Notes: generated by a model from the sequence alone, not told the origin. 64,000 bases of DNA from Basidiobolus meristosporus CBS 931.73 (GCA_002104905.1 MCFE01000428.1:12752-76751), one strand, 5' to 3'; shown: positions 50,307 to 62,859, counted from the stretch's first letter. A program made the numbers and translations.

Positions 50307-51350
50307 TCAGAGATCAGCTATCTTTACTACCTGCTTTCCGAAGTTCTCCCCTCTTAGAATGCGAAGGAAGGCCTCTGGGGCATTATCAATACCGTCCATC
50401 ACATCCTCCTTGTAAATCAGCTTGCCCTCCTTCAGCCATGCCGGTACTTCCTGAGCAAACTGGGCCCTAAACTCCGATGCAATCTCGGCAACAATAAACC
50501 CTTGGACTCTGATACGCTTGGACAGAATCATATGGGTGTTGTAGATCGGCTCGGGGTTCGAGGTACGATTGTACTGAGAGATCATACCACACACCGGGAT
50601 ACGAGCGAAATCGTTACAATGCTTGAGCACAGTGTCTAGCATCTTACCACCGACGTTTTCAAAGTAAACATCGATACCCTTAGGGCAATACTTATTGAAC
50701 GCTTCGTCCAGATCCATCTTCTTGTAGTTGAATGCTGCGTCGAACTTAAGCTCGTCAAGCAAGAATTTCACCTTGGAGTCATCTCCAGCCGCACCTACCA
50801 CTCGCAAGCCTTTGATTTTTGCTATTTGGCCAACCACCTGGCCCACGGCACCGGACGCAGCCGAAATAAAGATGGTTTCTCCCTGCTTGGGCTCCCCGAT
50901 CTTGAACAAGCCAGCGTATGCGGTCATGCCTGGCATTCCCAGAACTCCAAGGTGGTAGGACAGCGGAATGGAGGATTGTCTTGCCCCATCAATCTTGCGA
51001 AGGTTCTTGCCTTCAGAAACCACGGTGTAGTTTTCCCAGCCGATAAGGCCTTGGACAATATCGCCTTCTTTGTATTCAGGATTCTTGGACTTGATCACCT
51101 CACTGACACCGCCGGCATCCAACACCTTGCCGAGGGTAAATGCTGGGGAATAGGACTTGGCCTCCGCTTCACGCATTTTCCCGCGCATATACGGGTCGAC
51201 AGACATGAAGAGATTCCGAAGGAGCACATCGTTCTCGCTGAGGGCCACCGTGTTCGGATCGAAGTCTTCGGTCACCAGTTTGATGTGCTCCCCGACCACG
51301 GGCATGGCATCGGGTACTTTGTTGAAAATGATTTGGGTATTCTTAACCAT
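50307..51350 (-). CDS. NADP-dependent oxidoreductase, MDR superfamily (PTGR1/alkenal reductase-like), 347 aa, intronless
   Basis: SVDPYMRG, LGMPGMTAY, AASGAVG, DVYFENVGG, CGMISQYN, GENFGK motifs. Confidence 0.93.
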   Translation of the reverse strand: MVKNTQIIFNKVPDAMPVVGEHIKLVTEDFDPNTVALSENDVLLRNLFMSVDPYMRGKMREAEAKSYSPAFTLGKVLDAGGVSEVIKSKNPEYKEGDIVQGLIGWENYTVVSEGKNLRKIDGARQSSIPLSYHLGVLGMPGMTAYAGLFKIGEPKQGETIFISAASGAVGQVVGQIAKIKGLRVVGAAGDDSKVKFLLDELKFDAAFNYKKMDLDEAFNKYCPKGIDVYFENVGGKMLDTVLKHCNDFARIPVCGMISQYNRTSNPEPIYNTHMILSKRIRVQGFIVAEIASEFRAQFAQEVPAWLKEGKLIYKEDVMDGIDNAPEAFLRILRGENFGKQVVKIADL

Positions 51351-53131
51351 GATGGTTGTAACTAGAAGGGGATAGGGAAACCCTCTTCATGGAGTCCCAT
51401 CGTTTTATACGTTCGTTCGTGACGATCCATGGTCCCATATTGAAACGGCGTTATAGTGATACAACAAGATTGCGATACTCAAATCATGACGTTGGTAGAG
51501 TGAGTAGCATGCCGAGTACACCTACCATTCAAATCAGGCTGACGTACCCTACTCTCTCGAGGCTGCTCGATACCGAATGTTACCTTATATCTTGATGGAT
51601 TCCGGATAATTATCATGTGAGGATTGATTTACCTTCATCTCGAGTCCCATGAAGTTCTACGTCACCATGATTGGTCTGGAAGGCACCACACTTTTCGAAT
51701 GCTCTTGGAATCAACCAAGCCACTAAGGGCACATGCCAAGGAACCCTGATCCTCTAAGGGCCGCTCCTCTCCATTAGTAGGTTACCCATGGTTGGTTTTC
51801 AAAAAACTCCCCTTGTATGGTTGTTGTAGATAACATGTGATTGAATTTAAAGCATCCTCTTGATATCATGCTACTTGAATTACCTGTTGTAAACCAAATG
51901 TGCATCCATGTATGAATTGCTTAATTGTTCACACTCATGAAATATCTAATTTGTACCCATTGATGTTGACCCATTCTTAAGGATGTTCACTGGTTGAGGG
52001 GCTGTCCAAGTATTAGTAACTGCAGTCAATTTCACATCTCATCAATAGAAGCCTCCTGATGATATGATCTGATGGCCATTGGTTTGCCACTGAAGCATTA
52101 TAGGTAACGGGCTGCATTTATATCTTTGAACAGTTGTCGGGAACCCAAAAATGAGGGAAGGGGGTGCTTGTGTGAAAGAAGGGAGTGGTCTTTGATATTC
52201 TAGTACTTGCCTCTGGGGTCTTTGTGGTTGACCAACATCTTCACACAGGGGAAAATAGAACCCCGAGGCCATACTAAGCCGTCTCCAATTAAGCTTCGGG
52301 GAGCGGAAAATAGCCAACACAGGTTCGAGTTCATTGTCATTTTCAAAATAAGCATATCAATAGGCGGGACGCTCTAACACATGCTTATCTGGGTGAAGGG
52401 TTTTTTGATGGGAATTGGTGAATCCGAGCATTGGTCAGCGCGTGATCAAACACAGAGTGGGTAAATCGGGCAGAGTTAGATGCCGAAAGAGTGCGGTCAT
52501 CCGTACAAGCCTCTTCCTATTCCGGATGACTGTCAAATCACTGTTCTGAACCAACACGCAAACCTTCAGCACAGAGGGGTACACAGGTGATCTCAACCGG
52601 AAATCGAGCCACCTTAAAGGCCCGGATATGGCCCGATGATTTCCACATCAAGTCGATCCTGAACCATTCCATGTTTACATAATCAAATAGCCCACAACAC
52701 GAGAGGATATGGGTAGTGAGCTGTATCCAACTGTTCATGTTTTGTTTATCCGGGTTGGAAGCAAGCTTGTGCCGTATACAATGATGGAAATATTGTTTCG
52801 AATCTGGCACACGCCCAAGCTGGAGCATCCAGAAAGTTCAAAGAGTGTCTTTACAATGCCTACGCTAGAGCCACCAACCCATAAGCACATATCATCGTAG
52901 AACGGCCCAAGAAACACTCTATGAATCCTACTGATATTTACTTTGATCGGCATCAATGCCATGCGAATTTGACTACTGTTCAATCTTTTATTTTCTAGAT
53001 GCGTGATGGGCATGTGGTATTTGACAGAGTGAGGTGTCATTACTGACCGTAAATACAAATGTGGTGAGAATGTACATATTAACAGGTGATTTCAACAACG
53101 AATTAGTAGGCGTTGATGGAATCGGCGGAAT

Positions 53132-54304
53132 CTAAGATTCCATCAAGCTCTTAAACCAAGGATCAGCGAGGACCTCGTCAGCAGTAACTCGTGTTTCAGG
53201 ATTTGGGTCGAGCATCTTCCTAATGATAGGCAAAGCCTCACTGGGAAGCTTTCGGAAAAATCTGTCTTCGTGACGGTGAGCCAAGAACTGCGAGTAACCC
53301 TTTTCATTACGACGTGCGATATCCCAAGGGAACTTGCGAAGAATCATGCAAAGATATATAATTGCTGCGGACCAGATGTCTGCCTTGGATGCATCATAGG
53401 TTCCTCCTTGAAAGATCTCAGGGGCAATGTATGGGTCTGATCCAGCGATGGAAGAAGCCATAGCCTTATTGTCCGGAGCGAAAGGATCCAGAAGGAGGAA
53501 AGCACACCCAAAGTCAATGATCTTCAAGATATTGTTCTCATCAATGCATAGATTTTCCAGCTTCAAATCGCGGTGGGCTATTCCTCGATGGTGGAGGTGA
53601 GCTAGTCCACACATCAACTGAGCGAAATATCCGTTGATCTCCTCAATGGACAAAGGTCTTTCTTTGACCAGAGTAAAGAGATCTGTCGGGCAATACTCCA
53701 TAACCTGATGAATTTGATTATTCTCCAGCACAACATCCACAGTTTGAACAACATTGGGATGGGACAGAGAAATAGCGATGTATACTTCGTTGGAGATCCA
53801 CTCGTAATAATTTTGCTCATTTTCTTCAGGGCGTCTCTCACGGAAGCTCTTGATGGCATACTTTCTACCGTCGCGGGGAGAGTACGATACATGGACACTG
53901 CCTCCCGCACCGCTTGACACGTGGTTGGTCATTGCACCGTAGAGCTCGAACAACGATGGCGCATTTCGCTTTCTCAACGCCTGTAAGAGAGGCAGAAGCA
54001 ATTCCCTTCTGTATCTAGCACTTCTGTGTTTTGACAACAAGCTGAAAGGGCTCTTACGCTTTTGACTTGACCTTTTGTGCTTAAACGAAGACAACACAAA
54101 TCTGCTGGGCACTTTGTACAGAGAGCAACCAGTCGAATCGAAAGAGGATGCTGAGGAGATGGTAGAATAGTTGGAATCACTTTCGCTGTAGATCTGGAGT
54201 GATTCCTGTGAATGGTAGGGAATGTGGATCCCTTTGTTGGGCAGTTGGTTTTTTATGTATGGAGCTGAAATCATCTTAGCAGAAGGCATGTTAGTTGAAG
54301 ACAA
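53132..54304 (-). CDS. Ser/Thr protein kinase, fungal HAL/NPR/HRK-like, 390 aa, intronless
   Basis: GAGGSV loop, YAIK, HRDLKLEN, DFG, GSDPYIAPE, DIWS; S-rich basic N-terminus. Confidence 0.9.
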   Translation of the reverse strand: MSSTNMPSAKMISAPYIKNQLPNKGIHIPYHSQESLQIYSESDSNYSTISSASSFDSTGCSLYKVPSRFVLSSFKHKRSSQKRKSPFSLLSKHRSARYRRELLLPLLQALRKRNAPSLFELYGAMTNHVSSGAGGSVHVSYSPRDGRKYAIKSFRERRPEENEQNYYEWISNEVYIAISLSHPNVVQTVDVVLENNQIHQVMEYCPTDLFTLVKERPLSIEEINGYFAQLMCGLAHLHHRGIAHRDLKLENLCIDENNILKIIDFGCAFLLLDPFAPDNKAMASSIAGSDPYIAPEIFQGGTYDASKADIWSAAIIYLCMILRKFPWDIARRNEKGYSQFLAHRHEDRFFRKLPSEALPIIRKMLDPNPETRVTADEVLADPWFKSLMES

Positions 54305-56071
54305 GTCGAAGGGGAATAATAATGTCGAGGGAAAGAGATGGATTCAACTAAGACCCAAAAGGACAGTGAAGCTGAGTCTAGGGCAGATAGCACAATATAT
54401 AGTTTTGGAACCAAGATTTCAACTAAAATCGACCCGCCGAAACATTCAATCTCGGTGGATCCCAAACCAATTTGGCCGACCGATGACTAATTTGGTAGAG
54501 GTTTGGTTGAAATAGAATCATTGATATCTAGAGTATGCTGAATTACTCATCAAAACGTCGATGAGTGTGCGATAAGGATCAATGCAATATCAGGGAGTGG
54601 AAAAAAAGAATGGGATTTCCGCAGTTTTCTCGGATTATCTTCTAGCAGCCCTGTAATTGGGGTGGCATGATGTCATCGGACAGATGCTTGCTCATTGAAT
54701 CCGGCGAAAAACGGTCCTGACACGAGCCGGCCTTATGCAAGTGAACAGTGTCCTTCCCAATAACTGAATTGCTGGATATCGAGCGTCATTGAAAGAGTAA
54801 AAATCCATGCATCGCCCTTTACTACTTGCACACCGCACTCAGGGCGGAGCTAAGCTGTTGTTTCAAGTTGGAATCAAACAAGTTCAATGAACCGCCAACA
54901 TATTTGCTGTCCACAAACTAACTACACGATCAGATCGCTCCCGGAAGACGTGGAAACATCGAATTAGGAGATTTATATCTTTTTTGCTTGAGCTATTACG
55001 TCTGGTACGCGCTTGAGTGTTCCGATTGGAGGTAGCCTAGGGATTGGGCCATTTACCATAAATTATAGTTTATGAGCTAAACGGGGATAAAGTACACGTT
55101 TGTTTATATATACAAGTAGGGTCGCTCGAAGTGGTTGTGATTCATTTATATATGGATCGGTAAGTAGTTTCGCCGAATTTATGGAGCCCATTAGTAATAG
55201 AATTGACATCCGCCCTTTTATTACTATATCCACTAAGCGATATAAAATTCCCAATAGGATTGCGGAAAATTGCGCCCTCTATCACTCGGCTGGCTAGGGG
55301 AAAGATCTCCCTAAATATACATCCAAACCCAGACGAATTGGTGGCACCTCTTGAATGCATCACTGATGTGGGTGATATATTGTCAGAAGCGGTTAGCTTA
55401 TGTGGATAGCCAAACCAGATACAGCTCGGACTGCTAGAACTCAAAGTGCCGGCGGAAAGTTAATCACTCAATACTCTTATATTAGATTTGTATAAAACAA
55501 ACCCTGCGCATACGTCTTTCTGAGCATCGAAAGTGAGCAGGGGTGAACCTCAGCGGAAATTTTCCCACCGTTGCAATTCCTTATCCTCATTACTGATAGT
55601 GTTAATTATGAGTATTCCAGGGGGATACTCCAAAGCTCTCCATGTCAATCCGTATCTGTAAATGTAAGATTGCCTATACTAAAGCCATTACGTTGGAAAT
55701 ATTGAGTTGCATAAGGCCTAGATTAGGGCGTAGGTATTAAGAGGGGATTACAAAGGGGGCTGACAACCACTAACCAGTGGAATTTATATTTCAATAGCTC
55801 CAATTAATGAAGCCAAGTGCCACATGGGTAGCTTTTTTACAAGTGAACAAAGGGAAGAGTCATTTTGCAAAAGCTCATAAGAAAAGTCACCAAGCTTAAG
55901 AGGGCTAAAAATAGAGTTAAGTGGTATGGAGAGATGACTAAAGGAAGTAGTGGCTTATCTGCAATAGTAACCAAGTTGGGCAAGTATAGATAGGAGGAAA
56001 AAATACATGGAATATGGTGGTGGAGGTAGTTACTCCAGTAAGTGAACTTATATGTAACAAATGCAAGTACT

Positions 56072-56290
56072 GGGCCTTTGGTATTATAAATTTTGTAATC
56101 ATACCTGAGTATTCCCCTAACTTGGTCACTTGAATCATTACCTACAGATCTTGGAGAATTCTTACCAAATTCCTTGTTGGGATTTACTTGGAATACTTCC
56201 ACTAAAATATCAGGCACCCTGAAGATGAAATTTCTCAAAATTGTCCAAACTACCCCAAAAATTGAACACCTGTTTGTGGGAACTTGGGGT
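56072..56290 (+). repeat. Diverged partial copia LTR
   Basis: ccaaattccttgttgggatttacttggaata is shared with the LTR at 36851. Confidence 0.75.
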
Positions 56291-56349
56291 TGTGGTAAGG
56301 GTTCTAGAGCTCTATTGGGAAATTTGCACATAAAGTGCAATCTTGAAAT

Positions 56350-57250
56350 ATGACAAAGTCATAAGAATATGGCAACTAACAAAGCAAGCTGACAACCACT
56401 TTGCTAATAGAAGGGGTAAAAGAAGCTGTAAATGCTTTAAAGGAAAGTGTTAGGGTTAGAGGTCTAAATTCTTTTATATAATCTGATCAAGTATAGTTAT
56501 ACCATTTCTACTTGGTTTAAGTTGAATAGTGCAAATTGTATCAAAAAGTTATATCTATAGTAATGTGAAGGTAAGAATACTGCTAAAATTGAGTTGAGTT
56601 CTGAAAAGAACTTTTCAGCAAATCAGGTTAGAATATGAAGTAAAGCTGGTAGTTATTTGAATGCAAAGCACCAAGGGAAAGTGTAAAGCTATACTACCAC
56701 TTCCTGGAAGGCAGGGATTTCTCAGGAAGGTAGAAGCTCTGGTCTAATTGCAGATATGATAGCAGAAAGTCTCTGGATGAGCTCCCTTTGTGTGTGGAAT
56801 TGCAACAAAGATTGGGTATCTTTGAACCCAAAGCAGCTCTCTACATGAGAGAAGTAAAAATACCTGCTACAGTAGGGGCATTCAAAACTCAATCAAAGTG
56901 TGCTCATTGTCCACCTTATGGCCTGGAAGGCAAAGAAGAAGCTCCTGATGTAAAAGGATATGTCTGCTCCGCTATGTGAGTATCTGCTCTCATGAGAAAT
57001 GGGTCCAGCTCTGTCTCTTGAGCTAGCAACTCTGAAGATATTCTCCAGCTTCCTTTTATGCATTGCTACAGAGAGAGGAATATGCTCTCTACATGGCTTG
57101 GCACTGTTGGATGCCAGATAATATCTATAACCATCAGAAAGTGTATTGTCTTTCTCACCAATGACTTTGGGGTGTCTTGAACAAGGTTGTTAGTAATCTT
57201 ATTGACTAAGATCTTCAAAGGATAATCAAGTGATGCTTTTGCATAGTGCT
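56350..57250 (-). pseudogene. Probable decayed LINE RT fragment
   Basis: Minus strand EFRPLTLTLSFKAF near 56440-56480 resembles RT domain YRPISLL..K; CpG-free, C/T-rich strand. Confidence 0.35.
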
Positions 57251-57301
57251 GCCCAAACCTGATACCTGAAGTCTCAAATCCGCTTGGCACAGCCTCAATA
57301 C

Positions 57302-59453
57302 TGTTGTAAAATTTGTAATTCTACCTAAATATTCACCTAACTTAGCCACTTAGATCATTACCCTTAAATCCTAGAGAATACTGACCAAATTCCTTGTTGG
57401 AATTTACTTAGAATATTTTCACCAAAATGCCAGGTACCCAGAACATGAAAATTCTCAAAGTTGCCCAAACAGCCCCAAACTTTGCACACATGTTCTTGGG
57501 ACCTTTCTTAACCTATTCTACGTGTTTGTAATGCCAAGACCAGGTAAAAGTATAAATACTACTTTTACATTCAATAAATCATTAAGTGAAAACCACATAA
57601 TCTACTTGTTCTCCAAATCACTTCCAATATCTCCAAGACTCCTACAACAGGTTATGAGCCCCAAGCTGTCATTCTCTGCAATGTCTACTACTGCTATTAC
57701 TGGAATTTTTCCCTCTGCTGAAAAGTTGGATGGATCTAACTACCAAGTGTGGAAGGTGAAGATGAAGATGCTGCTACAAGAAAGAGGCCTTTGGGATATT
57801 ATCATGGGAGAAGAATGCCCTCCTAAAAACATGGGAGAGGAAGCCTTAAAGTACCAGAAGAAAGAACAAAGTGCCTTTAACTGCATTTGCCTTAATGTCA
57901 AGGACAAATTGCTAATTCAATGCTCAAGAGCAAAAACGGCAAAGAATGCCTGGAAGGCATTGGAAGACACCTACCAGTCATGTTCAGCTGCCAAGAAAAT
58001 GTATCTGAGACAAAAATTCTCTACTACAAAGATGCTGCCAGGAGAAGAAATGAAAAATCTAATTAACAGAATTACCCTGCTGGTAGATAAGATGGAATCT
58101 GTGGGCGTACCAACTACTGATGGGGATGTGATAGTAACAATCCTGAATAGCCTGACAGATGAGTTTCAGGGCCTTGTATCAGCCCTAGAGTCCAGAACTG
58201 AAGATTTGACTTTAAATTACATATATGGAAGGCTCCTGGATGAAGAATTAAGAAAATCAAGCGCCAATAAGAAGGAAGAAGTAAATGCTTTAATAAGCAG
58301 TGATAGTCAACAAAGGAGATACCCAAGACCCTACAAAGGCAACAGCAAGCTATTTTGCAACTACTGCAAAAGGAAAGGACACACATCAGACCGGTGTCTC
58401 AAAAAGAGAGATTATCAGCAAAAGAAGCCTGAATATGGAAATGCTGCAACAACTGAAGATAAACTATTCATATCTGCACTAAATATGACCACAAACAAGG
58501 ATTCTCAGACGTGGTATATTGACTCTGGAGCATCTCAACACTTTACACACCAAAAAGAACTTTTAACCCAATATCAAGAAATTCCAATTAAGAAGGTTTT
58601 CATGGGTGACAATAGAACACTTGATGCAGTGGGAGAAGGAACTATCCAAGTAAACCTTAGAAGCAGTGAAGGAAGCCATACACTGACCTTTAAAGAAGTA
58701 CTCTATGTACCAGAAATAGCCATGAACATACTCTCTGTAAGCAAGGCCACATCAGAAGGACTCAGTTTCAGTTTTGACAATTCTGGATGCAGGATCACTG
58801 ATCAAAATGGTGCTCATATTGCTTCAGGCATCAGAGATCAGAATCTATACAAGTTGACTTATATTCCATCATATCTGGAAGCCAATATAAGTAACTTAAA
58901 TGAAGAAACACCAATGCTTTGGCACAGGAGATTTGGGCACATCAATTTTGACTATTTGCACAAAATGATCAAAGATCAGCTAATTTCTGGAGTGAAAATT
59001 GATCCCCCAGCTAATTTGGAGCACTGTGAAGCCTGCATATATGGGAAACAAGCCAGACAACTGTTCAAGAGCTCTGGGTTAATCAAAACTAAGAAAAAAT
59101 TAGATCTAACTCACTCAGATCTGTGTGGACCTATGCAAAATTCATCCTTAGGCGGGATGAAGTATTTAATCACTTTTATTGATGATTATACAAGATACAC
59201 ATGGGTCTACTTCATGGAGAGAAAGGAAGAAGCTCTGTCTAAGCTCAGGGAGTTTATAGCCATGGTGGAGAGAGAAACTGGTGAAAAAATCAAGAAAATA
59301 CGCTCTGACAATGGTGGAGAATATACCTCAAAACTCTTCATCCACTTCTGCAAAATTCTTGGGATAAAGCAAGAGACTACTGTACCATACTCCCCACAGC
59401 AAAATGGAGTAGCAGAACAAACTAACAGATCAATAATTGATATGGCAAGATCT
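57302..59453 (+). mobile_element. Ty1/copia copy 3, 3'-truncated inside integrase
   Basis: 5' LTR 57302-57649, PBS at 57650, open Gag-PR-IN frame from 57654; identity with copy 1 stops at GATATGGCAAGATCT (59453); no RT or 3' LTR in the window. Confidence 0.95.
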
Positions 59454-59516
59454 TAGGGGGGGAGACAGTCACCAACAGGTGAAATCTTTATTTCAGTTGA
59501 AACAAAGAAGCCAGCG

Positions 59517-62285
59517 CTACTGTTGTAGCTTTGATACAAGAGTGTGTAGCTGAGGGGAATTTGTAGGTAAGTTAATAAGAAGTGATGATAGTTCTTCAGT
59601 GCTCAAGACACTGTTCAGTGGGAAGGGGGGTAGCAAGAGAGGTAAGAATGACTTGTGAACAACATTAATGAGGGGAATGTGATAAGGATTGATATTCATC
59701 ATAAAGGGAGCATGCTGCTGCAGATATTGCTGCCAAAGGTCTGTCAAGTACTTCAGGTAGGCCAGCTTGGGTTTTTCTGACTGCAGAATAAAGTGAGCAA
59801 ACTTCTTGACTTCAGGATCTCCAAGTATAGTTCTCCAGCAGGAGCCAGGTGTTGTGTGGTGTGTTCTCTTCCAGGCCTTAATCAGTGGGTTGTTGCAGTT
59901 GTGAAGTCTGAGGTATAATCTGGTTCTAAGATAGAGAAGTCTGATCTTATAGGGCATAAACCCAAAAGCACCAAGAATAGCATGTCTGTAGGGGCATTCA
60001 GGCAAATGAGGCACCAAGGAGGTAATGCACCATACTGCAAACTTGTCAAGCTTAGTGCAGTCTCTAGAAGTAAGAGAGAGAAGTGGTAAGCCAAATTCCA
60101 GGACAGGGAAGACAAACTGCTTGAGTAGAAGGAGGCAGCTGGGAGCTGAAGTTGTAGGAGGAGTAACAGCCAACAGCTTGTGGAGTGCCTGTCTTGCAAG
60201 GATAATTCTCCTCTTCAGGTGTGATCCAGAGTCTAGTCCAGTAAGAAGGAAAGGAAAGCCAAGATATGTAGCAGAAACCTGAGCAGGTAGAGTGGAGTTC
60301 TCCAAGTTGATGGGAGAGCCCAAAGGTACTGTCTTTGCAATGGAAAGCTGGAGATTATTCTTCTGCAGATACTGGTGGATGGTCTGGGAGTCTTGTTGCA
60401 CATTGGAGGAGGATATTCTGATGTCATCAGCAAAGAGAGTAACCAGGCAGTCAGCTGAGAGTCTTGGGAAATCATTCAGGAAGATGGCAAACAGTATAGG
60501 ACCAAGCACAGAGCCTTGAACCACTCCATTAGGAACTGAGAACACAGCTGATTGCTCACTTGGGTGCAGAATTCTTGCTTGTGGATCCAGAAACAGAGAC
60601 CTGACAAGGAGGGTGAGAGAGGTACTGGAGAAGCATTGCAGCTTGGACCAAAGCAGATTTCTGTCAACTGAATCAAAGGCCTTAGTAATATCAAACAGAA
60701 CAGAGGGATACTTGCACTGGAGAGAGTGATCTTGGCTAAGTATGACTGCATATTCCAAGGAGAGGCCAGGAACAAAGCCAAACTGTGCAGGATGAAACTT
60801 GAGGGAGTCAGAGTAGAGCTCCTGAGCAAGCAGAAGCTCAAACACCTTTCTGCAGGTGGGCAGCAGAGATATTGGCCTGTAGGAGCTAGGATCCAGGTGC
60901 TTTCCTTTACCCTTGTACAGTGGCAGAACATTTGCAAAGGACCATTCCTCAGGAGTAGAAAGCTGGGCTGAGCATTGCTGAAACAGTGGAAGCAGAAGTG
61001 CAGACATGGCCTTGGTACTAGTCTTCAGAAGCTCATAGGAGATTGTGTCCACACCTGGAGCAGTAGAGTTGGGAAGCCTCTTGAGCACATTATGGATTCT
61101 CCTTTGATCAAGTGCAAGTGGGATGGGCAGAGTCTTGAAGTCAGGATGAAAGCCAGGAGTTGAGTACTGCTTTGTAGAGAAGAAGATGTTAGCCAGCTGT
61201 TCTGTTGAAGGTAACTTCCTGGAAGAGGGCCTCATTGCCCTGTAGAGTCTTGATACTGTTCTTGTTATAGAGTTGGAAGATTGCAGAGGCAAGGAACTCA
61301 TAATATGATCCCAGAGCTGAGTATGCAGAGTGTGGTGAATTGCCTTGGAGTGGTGTATTGCTGTCAGGAGGAGTTTCTCTGTTTTTGGGTTAGGGAAACT
61401 CAGGTAGCTTTGTTGCAGGGCTGAAACAATGGATTCCCATTTTCTTGAGGTAACAGCAGTAGTCTTGCATGGCAGTGAGAGGGAGGCAGACACCAGAATC
61501 AGATGCTTCACAAAGAGCCAGGCATAGTTGAGATCATCTGGCAGAGAAAGTAGCAAACTGGCAAGCTTCAAGTAGTTCCCAAAGTCTTTCTTCTGATTCT
61601 TGGTAGCTTTGTGGGTGAGCACAGTAAGTTTTGGCAGCTTCTTCTTCACAACTGGTTGCATAGAAAGGGACCAGGCTGGGTGGTCAGAGGCTCTCAAGGA
61701 TCCTAGCTCAGCTCCAGAGAATTGCTTAACTTCATTCACAAAGTAGAGGGCAGCAGCAGAAGGGCAGATCCAGTCAACACATCTTTTCTCAGATTGAGCA
61801 CCTAGTGCTAGCAGGTGGCTTTCTCTCAGGAAGTTCAGTAGGAATGTAGACCTTGGCTTCATTCTTGCAGTCAGAGTAGTCTTGTTCTCAGGATGGGGAA
61901 TGTTGAGATCTCCAAGCAAGATAACAGGTGTTGATATAGATTGCTGGTATTGCTGAACCTTCTGGCATATAACTTGCACTTCCTGAAGGGCAAGACTTGG
62001 AGGCAGATAGCAGAGCACCAGACTGATAGTTGGCAACTGGAGAGCAGCACAGTAAGGGGAGTAAAGAGGAACACAGAGCTGAGGAGTATTGATGGTAGAA
62101 GAGATGAAGCAGATAGAGGAGGTATTCTTTGTTCTAGGAGTAGAAAAGCAATATAGATTAGTCAAAAGTATAGAGGGTAGCTGGACATCAATCAAACACA
62201 GGAGGGAAAATCTTGAAAGAAGTCTCTCTAGAGTTGGTCTTGATGGCTGTATGCTGTTGCAGTTAAGCAACAGAACTTCAGGTAG
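59517..62285 (-). CDS. LINE ORF2: APE endonuclease + reverse transcriptase (open from 62285; no ATG until 61862)
   Basis: EN: LLNCNS, LLGDLN, VDW, SDH. RT: APGVD, YRPISLL, QFGF, DITKAFDSV, GVVQGSVLGP, FADDI, YLG. No RNaseH or C-terminal CCHC seen. Confidence 0.93.
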   Translation of the reverse strand, partial: LPEVLLLNCNSIQPSRPTLERLLSRFSLLCLIDVQLPSILLTNLYCFSTPRTKNTSSICFISSTINTPQLCVPLYSPYCAALQLPTISLVLCYLPPSLALQEVQVICQKVQQYQQSISTPVILLGDLNIPHPENKTTLTARMKPRSTFLLNFLRESHLLALGAQSEKRCVDWICPSAAALYFVNEVKQFSGAELGSLRASDHPAWSLSMQPVVKKKLPKLTVLTHKATKNQKKDFGNYLKLASLLLSLPDDLNYAWLFVKHLILVSASLSLPCKTTAVTSRKWESIVSALQQSYLSFPNPKTEKLLLTAIHHSKAIHHTLHTQLWDHIMSSLPLQSSNSITRTVSRLYRAMRPSSRKLPSTEQLANIFFSTKQYSTPGFHPDFKTLPIPLALDQRRIHNVLKRLPNSTAPGVDTISYELLKTSTKAMSALLLPLFQQCSAQLSTPEEWSFANVLPLYKGKGKHLDPSSYRPISLLPTCRKVFELLLAQELYSDSLKFHPAQFGFVPGLSLEYAVILSQDHSLQCKYPSVLFDITKAFDSVDRNLLWSKLQCFSSTSLTLLVRSLFLDPQARILHPSEQSAVFSVPNGVVQGSVLGPILFAIFLNDFPRLSADCLVTLFADDIRISSSNVQQDSQTIHQYLQKNNLQLSIAKTVPLGSPINLENSTLPAQVSATYLGFPFLLTGLDSGSHLKRRIILARQALHKLLAVTPPTTSAPSCLLLLKQFVFPVLEFGLPLLSLTSRDCTKLDKFAVWCITSLVPHLPECPYRHAILGAFGFMPYKIRLLYLRTRLYLRLHNCNNPLIKAWKRTHHTTPGSCWRTILGDPEVKKFAHFILQSEKPKLAYLKYLTDLWQQYLQQHAPFMMNINPYHIPLINVVHKSFLPLLLPPFPLNSVLSTEELSSLLINLPTNSPQLHTLVSKLQQ

Positions 62286-62825
62286 TCAGGCAGAGGTTGT
62301 AGCTTCTTCAGAGGCAGCATTGATAATGTGACCTGCAGAGTCCCAGAGCTCTTCAAATGGTGCATCACTTAAGTCAGCAAGGAGGGAAATGGCATGGTTC
62401 TTGAGGAAGTATGCCACATCATAGGAGGGGGCTTGTCTCTTGATGGCAGCAAAGAAAGACAGAATGGCAACATGGGCTGGAGGCTTGTTGAACAGTAGAG
62501 AGTCAGAGGATTCAGATTCTTCAGGCACTATCTTGAAGTCAGTTTTCAGCCAGTTAAGGTTCTTCTCCACAAAGGCAACAAATGGGTCAGCAATGTTTTG
62601 GTCTAGGATAACCTCCAGAATCTTCCCTTTTCTCCAGGCCAGGTTGACAATTCTTGAGAGCTGAATATTGCATGCCTTGAGTGCTTTCCTGATGTTGGAA
62701 ATGGGAGTCCAGGGAACTTGTTTCAAGTACACCACAGTCCAGGTAGAAGCTGGTGGTAGGTTTGCTGGGGGCTTGTAAGTCCTTCTGTGTTGCAATGGAG
62801 CTGCAGTAGTCGGATTGGAGTCCAC
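62286..62825 (-). CDS. LINE ORF1-like frame (at least 179 aa; GTG call, no in-frame ATG; frame open from ~62885)
   Basis: Directly upstream of and in frame with ORF2; product unknown. Confidence 0.6.
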   Translation of the reverse strand: MDSNPTTAAPLQHRRTYKPPANLPPASTWTVVYLKQVPWTPISNIRKALKACNIQLSRIVNLAWRKGKILEVILDQNIADPFVAFVEKNLNWLKTDFKIVPEESESSDSLLFNKPPAHVAILSFFAAIKRQAPSYDVAYFLKNHAISLLADLSDAPFEELWDSAGHIINAASEEATTSA

Positions 62826-62859
62826 ATTCTCAGTAGAAGGTTTTCTTGATGTGTCTTGC

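Noticed and set aside
50307-51350. Horizontal transfer of the intronless oxidoreductase
   Set aside because: The family is widespread in fungi and the neighbouring kinase is also intronless; only a phylogeny could support it.
59517-62270. Penelope-like or DIRS-type identity for the terminal retroelement
   Set aside because: It has an N-terminal APE endonuclease and LINE-type RT motifs; no GIY-YIG or tyrosine recombinase.
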